NCBI GenBank assembly: GCA_965226055.1
Contig: CBDDCA010000006.1
Span: 736,001 to 800,000, forward strand
Length of the DNA stretch: 64,000 nucleotides
DNA from: Spirochaetia bacterium
GTDB taxonomy: Bacteria; Spirochaetota; Spirochaetia; WTKD01; G963693115
Direction of reading: 5' to 3'
Positions 1-9,713 of the stretch are shown here, piece by piece (within the stretch, counting starts at the first letter, position 1; every line of letters starts with the position of its first letter). Made by a program: the position numbers and the translations under genes. The notes beneath the pieces are model-generated. The model was not told the origin of the DNA. It did no database searches and saw nothing but the letters and a program-made list of their open reading frames with translations.

Positions 1-502
1 AGATTTGCAGGATACTAAAATGATAACTTTGCAAGGTTTGTACTATTGTCAAAGTATGTTACAGGTAAGTTCACAATTAGTCAAAGATATTGTGGTACAT
101 AAGAATACTATAGAGGCAGCATGTACTTCTGAGTTGTATGCAACGGATAAGGCATATGAGCTTGTGTTACAAGGTATGCCGTTTCGCAGTGCATATAAAT
201 ATATTGCTCAACAGTTAGCAACACAGCAAACAGAACAACAGCAATCAGATGAGCTTCCTGAAGCATATATTAAAAACAGATCTATGCTTGGTTCTGCAGG
301 CAACCCTCATTTTGAATATATAACAGAAACACTAGATCTATTACAAAAAGGGAGAGACAAAGAGAAAGTACGGTTTTTTGATGCAATATCGGGCTTGTTT
401 TCTTATGATGGAGAAAAAGCACAAGAGAAGCGAGGGCTAGAGCCTCTTGTATCACAAGTATCTGTTATTCCTAAAAAATTATTAGTGTCAGTAATACCAT
501 AA
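1..502 (+). CDS. argH: Argininosuccinate lyase, C-terminal part (5' truncated by window edge)
   Basis: Frame is open from the window start (DLQDTK...) and contains ELYATDKAYELVLQGMPFRSAY, typical of the ArgH C-terminus. Confidence 0.85.
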   Translation, partial: DLQDTKMITLQGLYYCQSMLQVSSQLVKDIVVHKNTIEAACTSELYATDKAYELVLQGMPFRSAYKYIAQQLATQQTEQQQSDELPEAYIKNRSMLGSAGNPHFEYITETLDLLQKGRDKEKVRFFDAISGLFSYDGEKAQEKRGLEPLVSQVSVIPKKLLVSVIP

Positions 503-549
503 TATGATGTATTATAGAAACAATATACTAGGGCAGTCTATAGTAAAGT

Positions 550-2082
550 ATGAGATATTTTATTTCGATAGATATTGGTACTAATTTCTTAAAAGCGACA
601 GCGTTTTCTTTTTCACAAGGGCATCATAGAGATACAGAAACATCTCTTGCTATGTGTTCTCCCATTATTGTACAGTCCGCTGAGCAGGATGATGTACAGA
701 GTATTCCTCGTATTGTCAGTATGGCACTTGTAAGGAGTATACAAAAAGTATTTGCTTCATTGCCATTACATCAAGATGATACCATTGATATTTGTATATC
801 GGGAAATAGTCCGACCTTAGTATTTCTTAATAAAAAAAAGGAGGCTATATACTGTACCTCATGGTATAGTTCGCAATATATTCAGTTAGAGAATGAGCGT
901 TCCTATTATCTTCCATATGTAATGGCAGTAAAAGAAAATAATAGAACAGTGTTTGATGAAACTCATTATATTGTTCCTCTTGCAGAATATGCAAGTTTTT
1001 TGTTATGTGGTACGCTTGCAACATTTGTTCCTCATATGGATTTTCTCCAATATTTATGGAGTACTGATAGTGTTGATACATATAATTTTTCTCGTGATAT
1101 GTTTCCACAAGCAGCTCTTTCTGGTTCGGTATTAGGAGCAGCTTGCAGTGATGCTATTGTGTCTCCTCTCACTCCTGTACTCTCCTCTTTGTTTTTGCAA
1201 AAAACTGATATAGCATTGACTTCCTTTTTTCTCCATCAGTGTAGGGTGTTATGTGGAGGCATAGATTACCTGAGTGCGCTTGTTGGATCTTCTACTGTAG
1301 AAGCAGGAGATATATGTATAAGAGGAGGTACTTCTACTGTTATGAATATATGTTTAGAGCAAGATGCTATGTCAGAGAATCTGTATAAGAAAGTGCCAGA
1401 TCACAGCACTTTTCCTGAATTTGTGCTTTCTCATCCTGTGCAGAATACCATAAACAAAGGTATTTCCATACCTTCTTTCACTACTTTATATCAACAGAGT
1501 AATGAAGCGCTGGAAATAATACAACATACTTCTACTCTGCAATCTTTGTTTTGGAAGCTATTTTTTGTTGTATACAAACAATGTGATATTACTAATTCAT
1601 TACATATGCATATGCGTAACAGTACCAGTCGAGATGACGCTAAGCATTATATTGATACTGTATTGAATTTTCTTGTGTCTACTCATACTACTATGCTTCA
1701 AGAGTATTTTTCTTCTTTTAATGCATCTGCTCATAGGAGTGTTATTGCTCTTTGTTATCTTTTCTATCTGATGAAAAAGGTATATGTACAATTAACTGAT
1801 ACACGTTCGGATTGCCATGTAAGAAAAATTGCAGTAAGTGGTGGGCAATGCAGTGCAAAAGGCTTTGCTCGTTTGTTGAGTGTGTTGTTTCAAAAAAATG
1901 TTATTGTTCATACAGTAGAATATTGTGAGTTAGTAGGAAATGTACTATTTGCTCTCGTGCAGGATACTCTTAATGAGAAGAGTATGGAAGCAAAAAATGG
2001 TGAGCATAGTAATATTGCTTCTGATATGCTTGTAGCGTATGCGAAACAGTTTTCTCAACCATCAGCTACCTTTGTTCCATAA
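550..2082 (+). CDS. Divergent FGGY-family carbohydrate kinase (xylulokinase-like)
   Basis: N-terminal ISIDIGT phosphate-1 motif, GGIDYLSALVG, IRGGTS and AVSGGQ motifs; 510 aa. Confidence 0.65.
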   Translation: MRYFISIDIGTNFLKATAFSFSQGHHRDTETSLAMCSPIIVQSAEQDDVQSIPRIVSMALVRSIQKVFASLPLHQDDTIDICISGNSPTLVFLNKKKEAIYCTSWYSSQYIQLENERSYYLPYVMAVKENNRTVFDETHYIVPLAEYASFLLCGTLATFVPHMDFLQYLWSTDSVDTYNFSRDMFPQAALSGSVLGAACSDAIVSPLTPVLSSLFLQKTDIALTSFFLHQCRVLCGGIDYLSALVGSSTVEAGDICIRGGTSTVMNICLEQDAMSENLYKKVPDHSTFPEFVLSHPVQNTINKGISIPSFTTLYQQSNEALEIIQHTSTLQSLFWKLFFVVYKQCDITNSLHMHMRNSTSRDDAKHYIDTVLNFLVSTHTTMLQEYFSSFNASAHRSVIALCYLFYLMKKVYVQLTDTRSDCHVRKIAVSGGQCSAKGFARLLSVLFQKNVIVHTVEYCELVGNVLFALVQDTLNEKSMEAKNGEHSNIASDMLVAYAKQFSQPSATFVP

Positions 2083-2115
2083 AGAGCAGAGTACTGCTAA
2101 GCAGAGGCAATACCA

Positions 2116-2901
2116 CTAGAATGTAAAGTGTAGCTCCAATGTTTTTTGATTCATCATGTCCATAAGAAAATAATCAATATATTGAGTATCTTCTGCCATA
2201 CTTTTTTTCCAATTTTTATCAGGAAGTTTTCCAAACCCTTTTTCTTTTTTCATTTCAATTCTTGCATAGGATGATTGTAATTGTTCTTTTATGGTTTGTT
2301 CGTTTCCGTAATCGCTTAATGCCCATGCAAGGTAGCTTGCATAATCATTGTCTGCAAAAGGATTTTTATCAGGAAAAAAGTTTTGTACAATTGCCTTGTT
2401 TTTGCTGTATTTTGGAATACTTGAAATTATCTCAAATAAATCTTTTCGAGAAAATGTTACAGTAAACTCTTGCATATTAGTGGATATAATTTTTTTATCG
2501 TCAATTACTTCAAAATCTTGTAATGTTGCAATAATATTATTTGAATGTAAATTGATAATAATAGTTTTAATATCTTCTTTGTATTCAATATCCACTTGTG
2601 ATATAGCGTCAACAGAACGTAAGTATGTGCGTAAATCTTCTTCTGGAAACACTTCTTCTACTGTTGTTGCTCCAAGCAAATCAAATAGATATTGAGCAAA
2701 AAAATCTTCAATATAAATATTCATACTAATTTTTGCTGAATAAAATTTCTGTACATGTACGGTAACAAGAGAGCTACATGAAGCAAAAAGTAATATGAAT
2801 ATACAACACATAAGGGAGCTAAGTATTGTTTTTCTTGCTTTAGGAGAAGAATGCTGTTTGTTTATAGATGATACATAAGTATGCTTTTTATTTGTTTTCA
2901 T
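2116..2901 (-). CDS. Hypothetical lipoprotein
   Basis: 261-aa ORF with a hydrophobic stretch ending in a spirochete-like lipobox (LFASC). Confidence 0.6.
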   Translation of the reverse strand: MKTNKKHTYVSSINKQHSSPKARKTILSSLMCCIFILLFASCSSLVTVHVQKFYSAKISMNIYIEDFFAQYLFDLLGATTVEEVFPEEDLRTYLRSVDAISQVDIEYKEDIKTIIINLHSNNIIATLQDFEVIDDKKIISTNMQEFTVTFSRKDLFEIISSIPKYSKNKAIVQNFFPDKNPFADNDYASYLAWALSDYGNEQTIKEQLQSSYARIEMKKEKGFGKLPDKNWKKSMAEDTQYIDYFLMDMMNQKTLELHFTF

Positions 2902-2927
2902 ACTATATTCCTTAAAAATTATACTCT

Positions 2928-3752
2928 TTATTGCTTTTTTTGTCTTTTACTTCTTCCTCTGTTCCAGATGGCTTGTTTTTGTGTAAGTTCTGCAATAGCG
3001 AGTTTTTTTTGTGCATCAGAAAGTGTATTTTTTTGTAATAATGCCATAAGTGCTTCTATTCTAAATTTTTCAATATAATTGTACTTATGTGATAGTTGTT
3101 TTTGTTGTCCAGAATATTTTACTATGCAAGGCTCATGCACATAGTGTACAGGTATATGGGCACAAATCCGTAGCCAATATTCATAATCTTCGGCTATTTC
3201 AAGTGTTTCATTAAACATTCCATATTGTTCTACTATAGATGCATGCATAAGTACTGTTGACGGACCAATAATGCATTTTTTTAATGAATCTTGAAATATA
3301 TTTCCGTCTCGGGCATACTGTTGTTTTTTCTGACTTACTATGGTTTCGTTTCTTTGCCAAATTTCTTTTGTATGACAAAAAAGACAGAGGGGGCTATGAG
3401 AGGACAAAGAGGTATTGTTTTGTTGAACATTGCTTATTGTGTTTACTTGCATTTCTAATTTATGAGGAAGCCAGTAATCATCAGAATCAAGGAATGCAAG
3501 CCAGCTATGTGTTGCTATTTCTATTCCTCTGTTTCGTACTGCCCCTGGCATACCACAATGCTGTATACGCTTTCTTACTATAGTAATAGTATCATAACGT
3601 AATGTTTGTATGAGCTCCCATGTACCATCATCTGATCCATCATCAATGATAATAAGCTCTTTTGCAGGATATGTTTGATCAACAACACTTTCTATCGCTT
3701 TTTTTATATATTGTTTGCGATTCCATACTGGTATTATGACTGAAATATCCAT
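2928..3752 (-). CDS. Glycosyltransferase family 2
   Basis: ISVIIPVWNR, IIIDDGSDD, FLDSDD and EDYEYWLR motifs. Confidence 0.92.
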   Translation of the reverse strand: MDISVIIPVWNRKQYIKKAIESVVDQTYPAKELIIIDDGSDDGTWELIQTLRYDTITIVRKRIQHCGMPGAVRNRGIEIATHSWLAFLDSDDYWLPHKLEMQVNTISNVQQNNTSLSSHSPLCLFCHTKEIWQRNETIVSQKKQQYARDGNIFQDSLKKCIIGPSTVLMHASIVEQYGMFNETLEIAEDYEYWLRICAHIPVHYVHEPCIVKYSGQQKQLSHKYNYIEKFRIEALMALLQKNTLSDAQKKLAIAELTQKQAIWNRGRSKRQKKQ

Positions 3753-3810
3753 TATTATTATATTGTAGATAATTTTCCTTATGTTTGTGTATATCCCCTA
3801 TACTGATTAT

Positions 3811-4716
3811 ATGCAATATATTATTCATTTTATGAAAGGAATAGTACTTGGTATTACGGCAATAACTCCAGGTATTAGTTTTGGCACTATGGCATTATTA
3901 CTAAATGTGTATGAACGAGCAATAACATTGTTTACTCATTTTTTTTCTGTTTCATTTTGGAAAGATGCGTCAAGACGAAAGGAGATTGTAGTATTTCTTG
4001 TTCCTCTGCTGATAGGGGGAGCGGTATCGGTATATGTAGGCTCCTCTATTTTGTTATTGTTTTTTGTATCGTATACAGTGTTTATACAAATGTTTTTTAT
4101 AGGTATTATAACTGCAAGTATTCCTTATTTTTATATACAATATATCCACCCTCAGTTTAAGAGATATGTATCTATCATTGCAAACAAAAATGGCATGTAT
4201 ATTCTGTGGATAATCTTTGGGTATCTTTTGGTGATACTGCTTGGTTCACGCCAAGAAAGTAGAGAAGCTGTGACAGTAAGTATTCCTTCGTCTTTAAGCG
4301 AATATATCATATGCTTTATAATTGGAGTATGTGTTGCTGGAGTAGGCCTTATGCCAGGCATAAGTGGATCTTATGTGTTGCTTCTTATCGGCTATTACAG
4401 TACATTTCTTGCTATTGTAAGTTCTGTTGCCCTTGTGCCTCTTATATGGCTTATGAGTGGTGTAGTGGTAGGGCTGGTGTCTACTGCTTTTTTAGTGCGA
4501 TTTTTATTTAGTCGTTATCCACAAGTGAGCTACTGTGTTATTTTTGGAGTAATTGTGGCTTCGTTACAAACGCTCTTTCCTTGGCAAGGGTTATTTGAGA
4601 GCAATGCACCTACTATATCTTTATGGCTTGGATCTATAGGGGCATGTGGGCTTGGAGTACTAGTAACAATATGTAGTATGAAAGTGAGTAAAAGTACAGT
4701 GAGTAAAGGGGTATAG
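3811..4716 (+). CDS. DUF368 family membrane protein (undecaprenyl-phosphate translocase-like)
   Basis: Twin PGISFGT / PGISGSYVLLLIG motifs and many TM segments; start placed at ATG 3811, 6 nt after TATACT. Confidence 0.88.
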   Translation: MQYIIHFMKGIVLGITAITPGISFGTMALLLNVYERAITLFTHFFSVSFWKDASRRKEIVVFLVPLLIGGAVSVYVGSSILLLFFVSYTVFIQMFFIGIITASIPYFYIQYIHPQFKRYVSIIANKNGMYILWIIFGYLLVILLGSRQESREAVTVSIPSSLSEYIICFIIGVCVAGVGLMPGISGSYVLLLIGYYSTFLAIVSSVALVPLIWLMSGVVVGLVSTAFLVRFLFSRYPQVSYCVIFGVIVASLQTLFPWQGLFESNAPTISLWLGSIGACGLGVLVTICSMKVSKSTVSKGV

Positions 4717-4773
4717 AAATAGCACAGTATTTATATGAGTTAAGAATGGAAGCAAAACAATATGTATGTATTC

Positions 4774-5907
4774 TTATTCTGAAACAAGCGTTTCTTCTGT
4801 TTCATTATCAAATACATGAATTTTATCCAGAACAAGCTCAAAATGAATGACTTCGTTTACTGCTATATCAATGTTGCGATCAAGTTTTATAACATAAAAA
4901 TCTTCACTTCCTTCTGATTCTTGTGTTTTGTCTGATACTTCATGAGGAACATACACATATGTTTCTGCTCCTAGATTTTCAACGACTTCCACTTTTCCAG
5001 TAAGAAAATTTTTAGGATTCTTTTTATTTGATTTAGAGAAATTTTCGGGACGAATACCCATAGTTACATCTTTTCCATCATAGTCTAAGAGTTTGGCAAA
5101 ACGAGGCCCCGAAATTTCTATATTGGTATATTCGTTACTGAGTATAATGTCTTTTCCTTTGATAGACACTTTCATATCAAATAAATTCATGGGAGGGGAT
5201 CCAATAAACCCTGCTACAAACTTATTTTTTGGTTTATCATATAAATCAAGCGGAGAACCTACTTGCTGTATGAGACCATCTTTCATAATAATAATTTTGT
5301 CTCCCAAAGTCATAGCTTCAATTTGATCGTGGGTAACATAAATCATAGTAGTACCAAGCCGATGATGAAGTGCTGCAAGTTCTGCTCGCATATGTCCACG
5401 TAATTTAGCATCTAAGTTGGACAATGGTTCATCGAAAAGGAAAACTTTTGGGTTTCGCACAATGGCTCGTCCAAGTGCTACACGTTGCCGTTGTCCTCCT
5501 GATAGCTGTTTTGGTTTTCTATCCAGCAATGTTTCAAGTTTGAGAATTTTTGATGCTTGTTCTACCCGCTCTTTGATTTTATCTTTTGGTATCTTTCGTA
5601 ACTTGAGTCCAAACGCCATGTTTTCAAACACAGTCATATGAGGATACAAAGCATAATTCTGAAACACCATTGCTATGTCTCTATCTTTTGGAGGGACATC
5701 ATTGACTTTTTTGTCATCAATGAGGAGATCTCCTCCTGATATTTCTTCGAGACCTGCTATCATTCTGAGGGTGGTTGTTTTTCCACAACCAGAAGGACCT
5801 AATAACACAACGAATTCTTTGTTATCGATCTCAACATTAAAATTATCCACAGCTTGAAAGCCGTTATCATACACTTTTGTTATATTCTTTAAGGTTACAG
5901 TAGCCAT
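4774..5907 (-). CDS. Carbohydrate ABC transporter ATP-binding subunit (MalK/MsmX/UgpC family)
   Basis: Walker A GPSGCGKTT, LSGGQRQR signature, FLFDEP Walker B, C-terminal TOBE region; start at MATVTLK. Confidence 0.95.
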   Translation of the reverse strand: MATVTLKNITKVYDNGFQAVDNFNVEIDNKEFVVLLGPSGCGKTTTLRMIAGLEEISGGDLLIDDKKVNDVPPKDRDIAMVFQNYALYPHMTVFENMAFGLKLRKIPKDKIKERVEQASKILKLETLLDRKPKQLSGGQRQRVALGRAIVRNPKVFLFDEPLSNLDAKLRGHMRAELAALHHRLGTTMIYVTHDQIEAMTLGDKIIIMKDGLIQQVGSPLDLYDKPKNKFVAGFIGSPPMNLFDMKVSIKGKDIILSNEYTNIEISGPRFAKLLDYDGKDVTMGIRPENFSKSNKKNPKNFLTGKVEVVENLGAETYVYVPHEVSDKTQESEGSEDFYVIKLDRNIDIAVNEVIHFELVLDKIHVFDNETEETLVSE

Positions 5908-6047
5908 ATATATATTATACCATATTTTTTTATTTTTGTGTAATAAATACTTAAATTTATTAATAAGTGGTGAGTAATAAGTGATACATAAGAAAAACAA
6001 TATTATCAGCTACATAGTTGCTGTTATATGCTGTATAGCAGGTAATT

Positions 6048-6707
6048 TCATTCTTCATCAATTACAAAATTACTACCACTATAGTATTTTATTGCTGCTT
6101 TCTTAAATTGTGTCATTGTAACATAATTGAATGTTCCTGCAACTATAGCACCTACTCCAAATGGAATTAGTTTTCCAAGTGCAATGCCACCTCTTTTTGT
6201 ACCATATTTGGTAAAAATAGTTGTTCCAACTTTCTGATTTATTTTTGCCAATACCTTTCCTGATACTCTTTTATTAAATTGGACAACTGCAACTCTTGTC
6301 CCTATTCTCTTTGTTGCCTGTTTAGCTATTCTGATCACACCGCACCAAACACCAAGCACTTTAACAAATTCTTGGTTGAATTCATCTCTAATGTTTTTTC
6401 CATATATCAATGCAATGCCATAACTAATTGCAGCCATCCATCGTAGCAGTAACAAGGCATCTCCACTGATTGCACCAACTTCAAATCCTACTTGAACTGC
6501 AGTCCCGACTCCAGGAATTATACTTGGCAAAGCAGATGCCACTCCGATTGATGTGTATTTCCTTCTAATTCTATTAGCAAATATATCAGCTAATTCAGAT
6601 TTATTTGAAGATTTATTGTCTTTTTTAATTTCCATAATTTCTTGTTCTAAAGAATCAAAGGATGGTGCTATTTTATTAACAATAGTTAAAAAAGTACTTT
6701 CTCCCAT
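6048..6707 (-). CDS. EcsC-like family protein
   Basis: ASALPSIIPGVGT and GKLIPFGVGAIVAGTFN motifs; RBS AAGGAG upstream. Confidence 0.7.
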   Translation of the reverse strand: MGESTFLTIVNKIAPSFDSLEQEIMEIKKDNKSSNKSELADIFANRIRRKYTSIGVASALPSIIPGVGTAVQVGFEVGAISGDALLLLRWMAAISYGIALIYGKNIRDEFNQEFVKVLGVWCGVIRIAKQATKRIGTRVAVVQFNKRVSGKVLAKINQKVGTTIFTKYGTKRGGIALGKLIPFGVGAIVAGTFNYVTMTQFKKAAIKYYSGSNFVIDEE

Positions 6708-6760
6708 TACTTCTCCTTTTTTGCGATTTATTATTAAATTCGCAAATGTTTTATATATAT

Positions 6761-6803
<43 letters not shown>

Positions 6804-6894
6804 GTAGTGGTAGACTTAGTCCACGAGTTCAAGTATTAAATGCAACAAAGAAACAGTGTATTAAGGGCTATTATTATCCCTGTAAACTACTACA

Positions 6895-8289
6895 TTACGA
6901 AGAAACATCAAAGATATATGCAGCAAAATAGGGGCTATTTTGCAAGGTAGTGTATATTTCTTTTAGTAATTCTTTATGCATGGTAATGGTTGTATCAACA
7001 TCTATATTAAATAGCTCTTGTAATACCGTCTGTACATAGTTGAATGTAAGCATGTTGGCTATGTGTTTTTTGTGTGTATGAGCATGTTGTTGTAGTGCTT
7101 GAAGGGCATTTTCTAGCAGTATAGTAGTAAGTTTTGCCTGTGGGTATGCAGCAAAGAAATCAGGAGAAAAAGTATTTTTTTTAAAGGAGAACATATAGTG
7201 CATATGCTCTGTGAGTGTTTGTTCAAAAAACAAAAGAAGGGAGAATTGTTTTTGTTGTATTGAGAGGGAGCTGTTTTGATTATAGAGAGTATCCTTTGTG
7301 TAATCTGTATGTACAAAGCTGAGGCAATGGGTACGATGAGGAGCATGCAGGAGCTGTGAGTGTAGTTGTTTGTATTCGTAAAATGCTCCGCCATATTCTA
7401 ATAGCAACAGTAAGCTATAGATATACTGTGTTTCTTTTATAGGAGCATTGCATAGAAATGATTGCTCCTGCGATGATATGAGTGATTGTGCAAGTGTATG
7501 CAGTGATTGATGAGTGTGGGTACATATTTCAGCTGTTATGCTAGTATGTGTTGTATTGTGCAGATCTTTGTGTTTGTGTGGAATAATGCTATGTATGATA
7601 GGAGGAATTGCAGTTGTATTGTGTTTTTTTTTGTTGTTATTCCTTTCTGTGTTTGTGCTGGAGTCTTGTGTTGTATAGGACGGTGCTATGTGTAAATATC
7701 CTGATGTAGACAGAGAAGGATGCGATGAAAAGGAAAAGTTTTGGAGTCGGGGAGCTTTGTGTTGTATTTTCATGCGTTCTTGAGAAGTATAAATAGCATG
7801 GTGCATATTGTATGCTGTATAATATGTCAGTATTGTATTGAGCTGTGTATTCCAATGACAGTCAAGAAAATAGGCATTAAATACGCATCGTTGCAATGCT
7901 ACCAATGCAAGTGAAGAACAGCAGAGTAAGGTATCGTACTTTTCTCCACTATAGGTTTGTTGAAAGTGATATTTTTCACTGGGAGCAGCACTATCTGTAC
8001 GTGAGGGAATAAAAATAAAATCACTATCATCAGGAATGTATATGTTTTTATTGAGACACATTACTGCCTCTGAAACATGGGTTACGAAAATAAATGGCAT
8101 ACAATGTTTTCTTTGTGCCGTTACAAATGCATCAATAATAGTACTCATTGTAATATACATTGTTTTTGCTTTGCTAATGCTAGCAAGGGGAGCTATTACA
8201 TGTAAATGTTTTAATGGGCTATCATTGTTTTGTTTGTGTGTTGTATGAGAATCAATAGTATATTTAGGAACTGTGGAATGTACTTTCAT
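6895..8289 (-). CDS. Hypothetical protein (orphan, His/Thr/Gln-rich)
   Basis: Long ORF; likely start MKVHST at 8289 with GCAGGAA upstream; no recognisable motif. Confidence 0.55.
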   Translation of the reverse strand: MKVHSTVPKYTIDSHTTHKQNNDSPLKHLHVIAPLASISKAKTMYITMSTIIDAFVTAQRKHCMPFIFVTHVSEAVMCLNKNIYIPDDSDFIFIPSRTDSAAPSEKYHFQQTYSGEKYDTLLCCSSLALVALQRCVFNAYFLDCHWNTQLNTILTYYTAYNMHHAIYTSQERMKIQHKAPRLQNFSFSSHPSLSTSGYLHIAPSYTTQDSSTNTERNNNKKKHNTTAIPPIIHSIIPHKHKDLHNTTHTSITAEICTHTHQSLHTLAQSLISSQEQSFLCNAPIKETQYIYSLLLLLEYGGAFYEYKQLHSQLLHAPHRTHCLSFVHTDYTKDTLYNQNSSLSIQQKQFSLLLFFEQTLTEHMHYMFSFKKNTFSPDFFAAYPQAKLTTILLENALQALQQHAHTHKKHIANMLTFNYVQTVLQELFNIDVDTTITMHKELLKEIYTTLQNSPYFAAYIFDVSS

Positions 8290-8478
8290 AATATTCCTGC
8301 TTATCTTTTTATTATACTGTGTAATGTTATAATAATTATATGAAAGATTATATATGAGATTATCATATTTATTATTCTTATTATTTTTATGAGTGGATGT
8401 GTAACTAATGGTGAGATGTATGTAAAAAGAAAGTATATCCCTAAAAAATAAAGCAAACTGTTTATCCGTGAGACAGAT

Positions 8479-8790
8479 TTGCACCTATTCAATGGAGATG
8501 TATCGCAATGGGATGTAAGCAATGTTACAGATATGGGAGCGACTGCCTTTAATGGGGATATATCAAACTGGAATGTAACGAAAGAGGTTAGGTATATTTC
8601 TATTTATGATATATTTGTAAATGCTAGTAATTTTAATCAAGATTTATCATCATGGATATTGTGTCAAGCGTCATGGGATTCTTCATATGTAACTGATTCG
8701 GCTATAAAAGGAATAACAACATACTACCCAACAATAATGAGTAATACTAATCCAGCATGTGTAATGTACAGAATATACAATTTGCTGTAA
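8479..8790 (+). pseudogene. Remnant of a DUF285/BspA-like 25-26-residue repeat surface protein
   Basis: FNGDVSQWDVSNVTDM, FNGDISNWNV and FNQDLSSW repeats; no signal peptide, TTG start, one repeat internally shortened. Confidence 0.7.
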
Positions 8791-8871
8791 AGACACACAC
8801 CTATAGCAAGAAAGGATGTGTTCTTTCTTGCTATAGAAACTCAATCATACAGCTAACTACACTTTTGTCTT

Positions 8872-9648
8872 CTATGGAGTACTGGAGCAATGCTTTGTTA
8901 CCGTATCAACGGATGGAGTCAGCTTTTGCGAAAATAGTGCATGTAAGGTAATTTTGGAGCTTTCTTCTAATCCACCGACACGACTATCTTGATATATAAG
9001 TGGTTCTTTGAGAGCATAAATATTGTATGCGCTTTGTGTTCGTGCTAATATTACATCATAGTTAAGTTTTTGATGTATACTTTCAAGTATTGCATTGCTA
9101 TGAAATACACAAGCTCTTAGACTACAAAATAGCATACCGTGGGTACTGAGCATATGGTGAATACGAACAATGGGCATGTAAGGATGATTACTAATTTCGT
9201 AGCCAAAATTCTTAAAGACATAGTAGGGAGGATGTTCTATTGTTGAAGCCTTTGAAATACCAATGTAGAGCATGTCAGTATCATCAGGAACACTGAGGGT
9301 TTTAGGAAATTCGCGGTATTTTGATACATCATCCTCAATGAGTGCAAAGGGTTGAAATGGTTTTTTTCTGTCTTGCTTTCTTAATGCCATATCAATTATT
9401 CGTAGTTGGGCGAAAGCACCAGAAGTTATTTTTTCTTCAGAAGGATGTTGTTGTTGTAAGGGCTTAGGAGTAGGAGCATGTACTCTTATGAGTGGCACAT
9501 CAGTAAACTCTGTTTCTATATGGGTATGTCGATGTTTGTTATGCAATGTACTTTGATAATAAAATGGGGTATGTAATAGACTAATGTTCACTAAAATTAG
9601 TATACCATAAGTATATATGCCTCTTTTTTTCTCTTTGTGTATATACAT
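8872..9648 (-). CDS. Putative GT25-like glycosyltransferase
   Basis: PFALIEDDV (LEDD-like), DMLYIG, MLSTHG and PLIYQD motifs; N-terminal hydrophobic segment. Confidence 0.5.
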   Translation of the reverse strand: MYIHKEKKRGIYTYGILILVNISLLHTPFYYQSTLHNKHRHTHIETEFTDVPLIRVHAPTPKPLQQQHPSEEKITSGAFAQLRIIDMALRKQDRKKPFQPFALIEDDVSKYREFPKTLSVPDDTDMLYIGISKASTIEHPPYYVFKNFGYEISNHPYMPIVRIHHMLSTHGMLFCSLRACVFHSNAILESIHQKLNYDVILARTQSAYNIYALKEPLIYQDSRVGGLEESSKITLHALFSQKLTPSVDTVTKHCSSTP

Positions 9649-9713
9649 TATGCAGGGCTATCATGTACAATAAGAGTATATATTCTGTGCTAGAGTAATA
9701 GTAAGGAAGGTTT

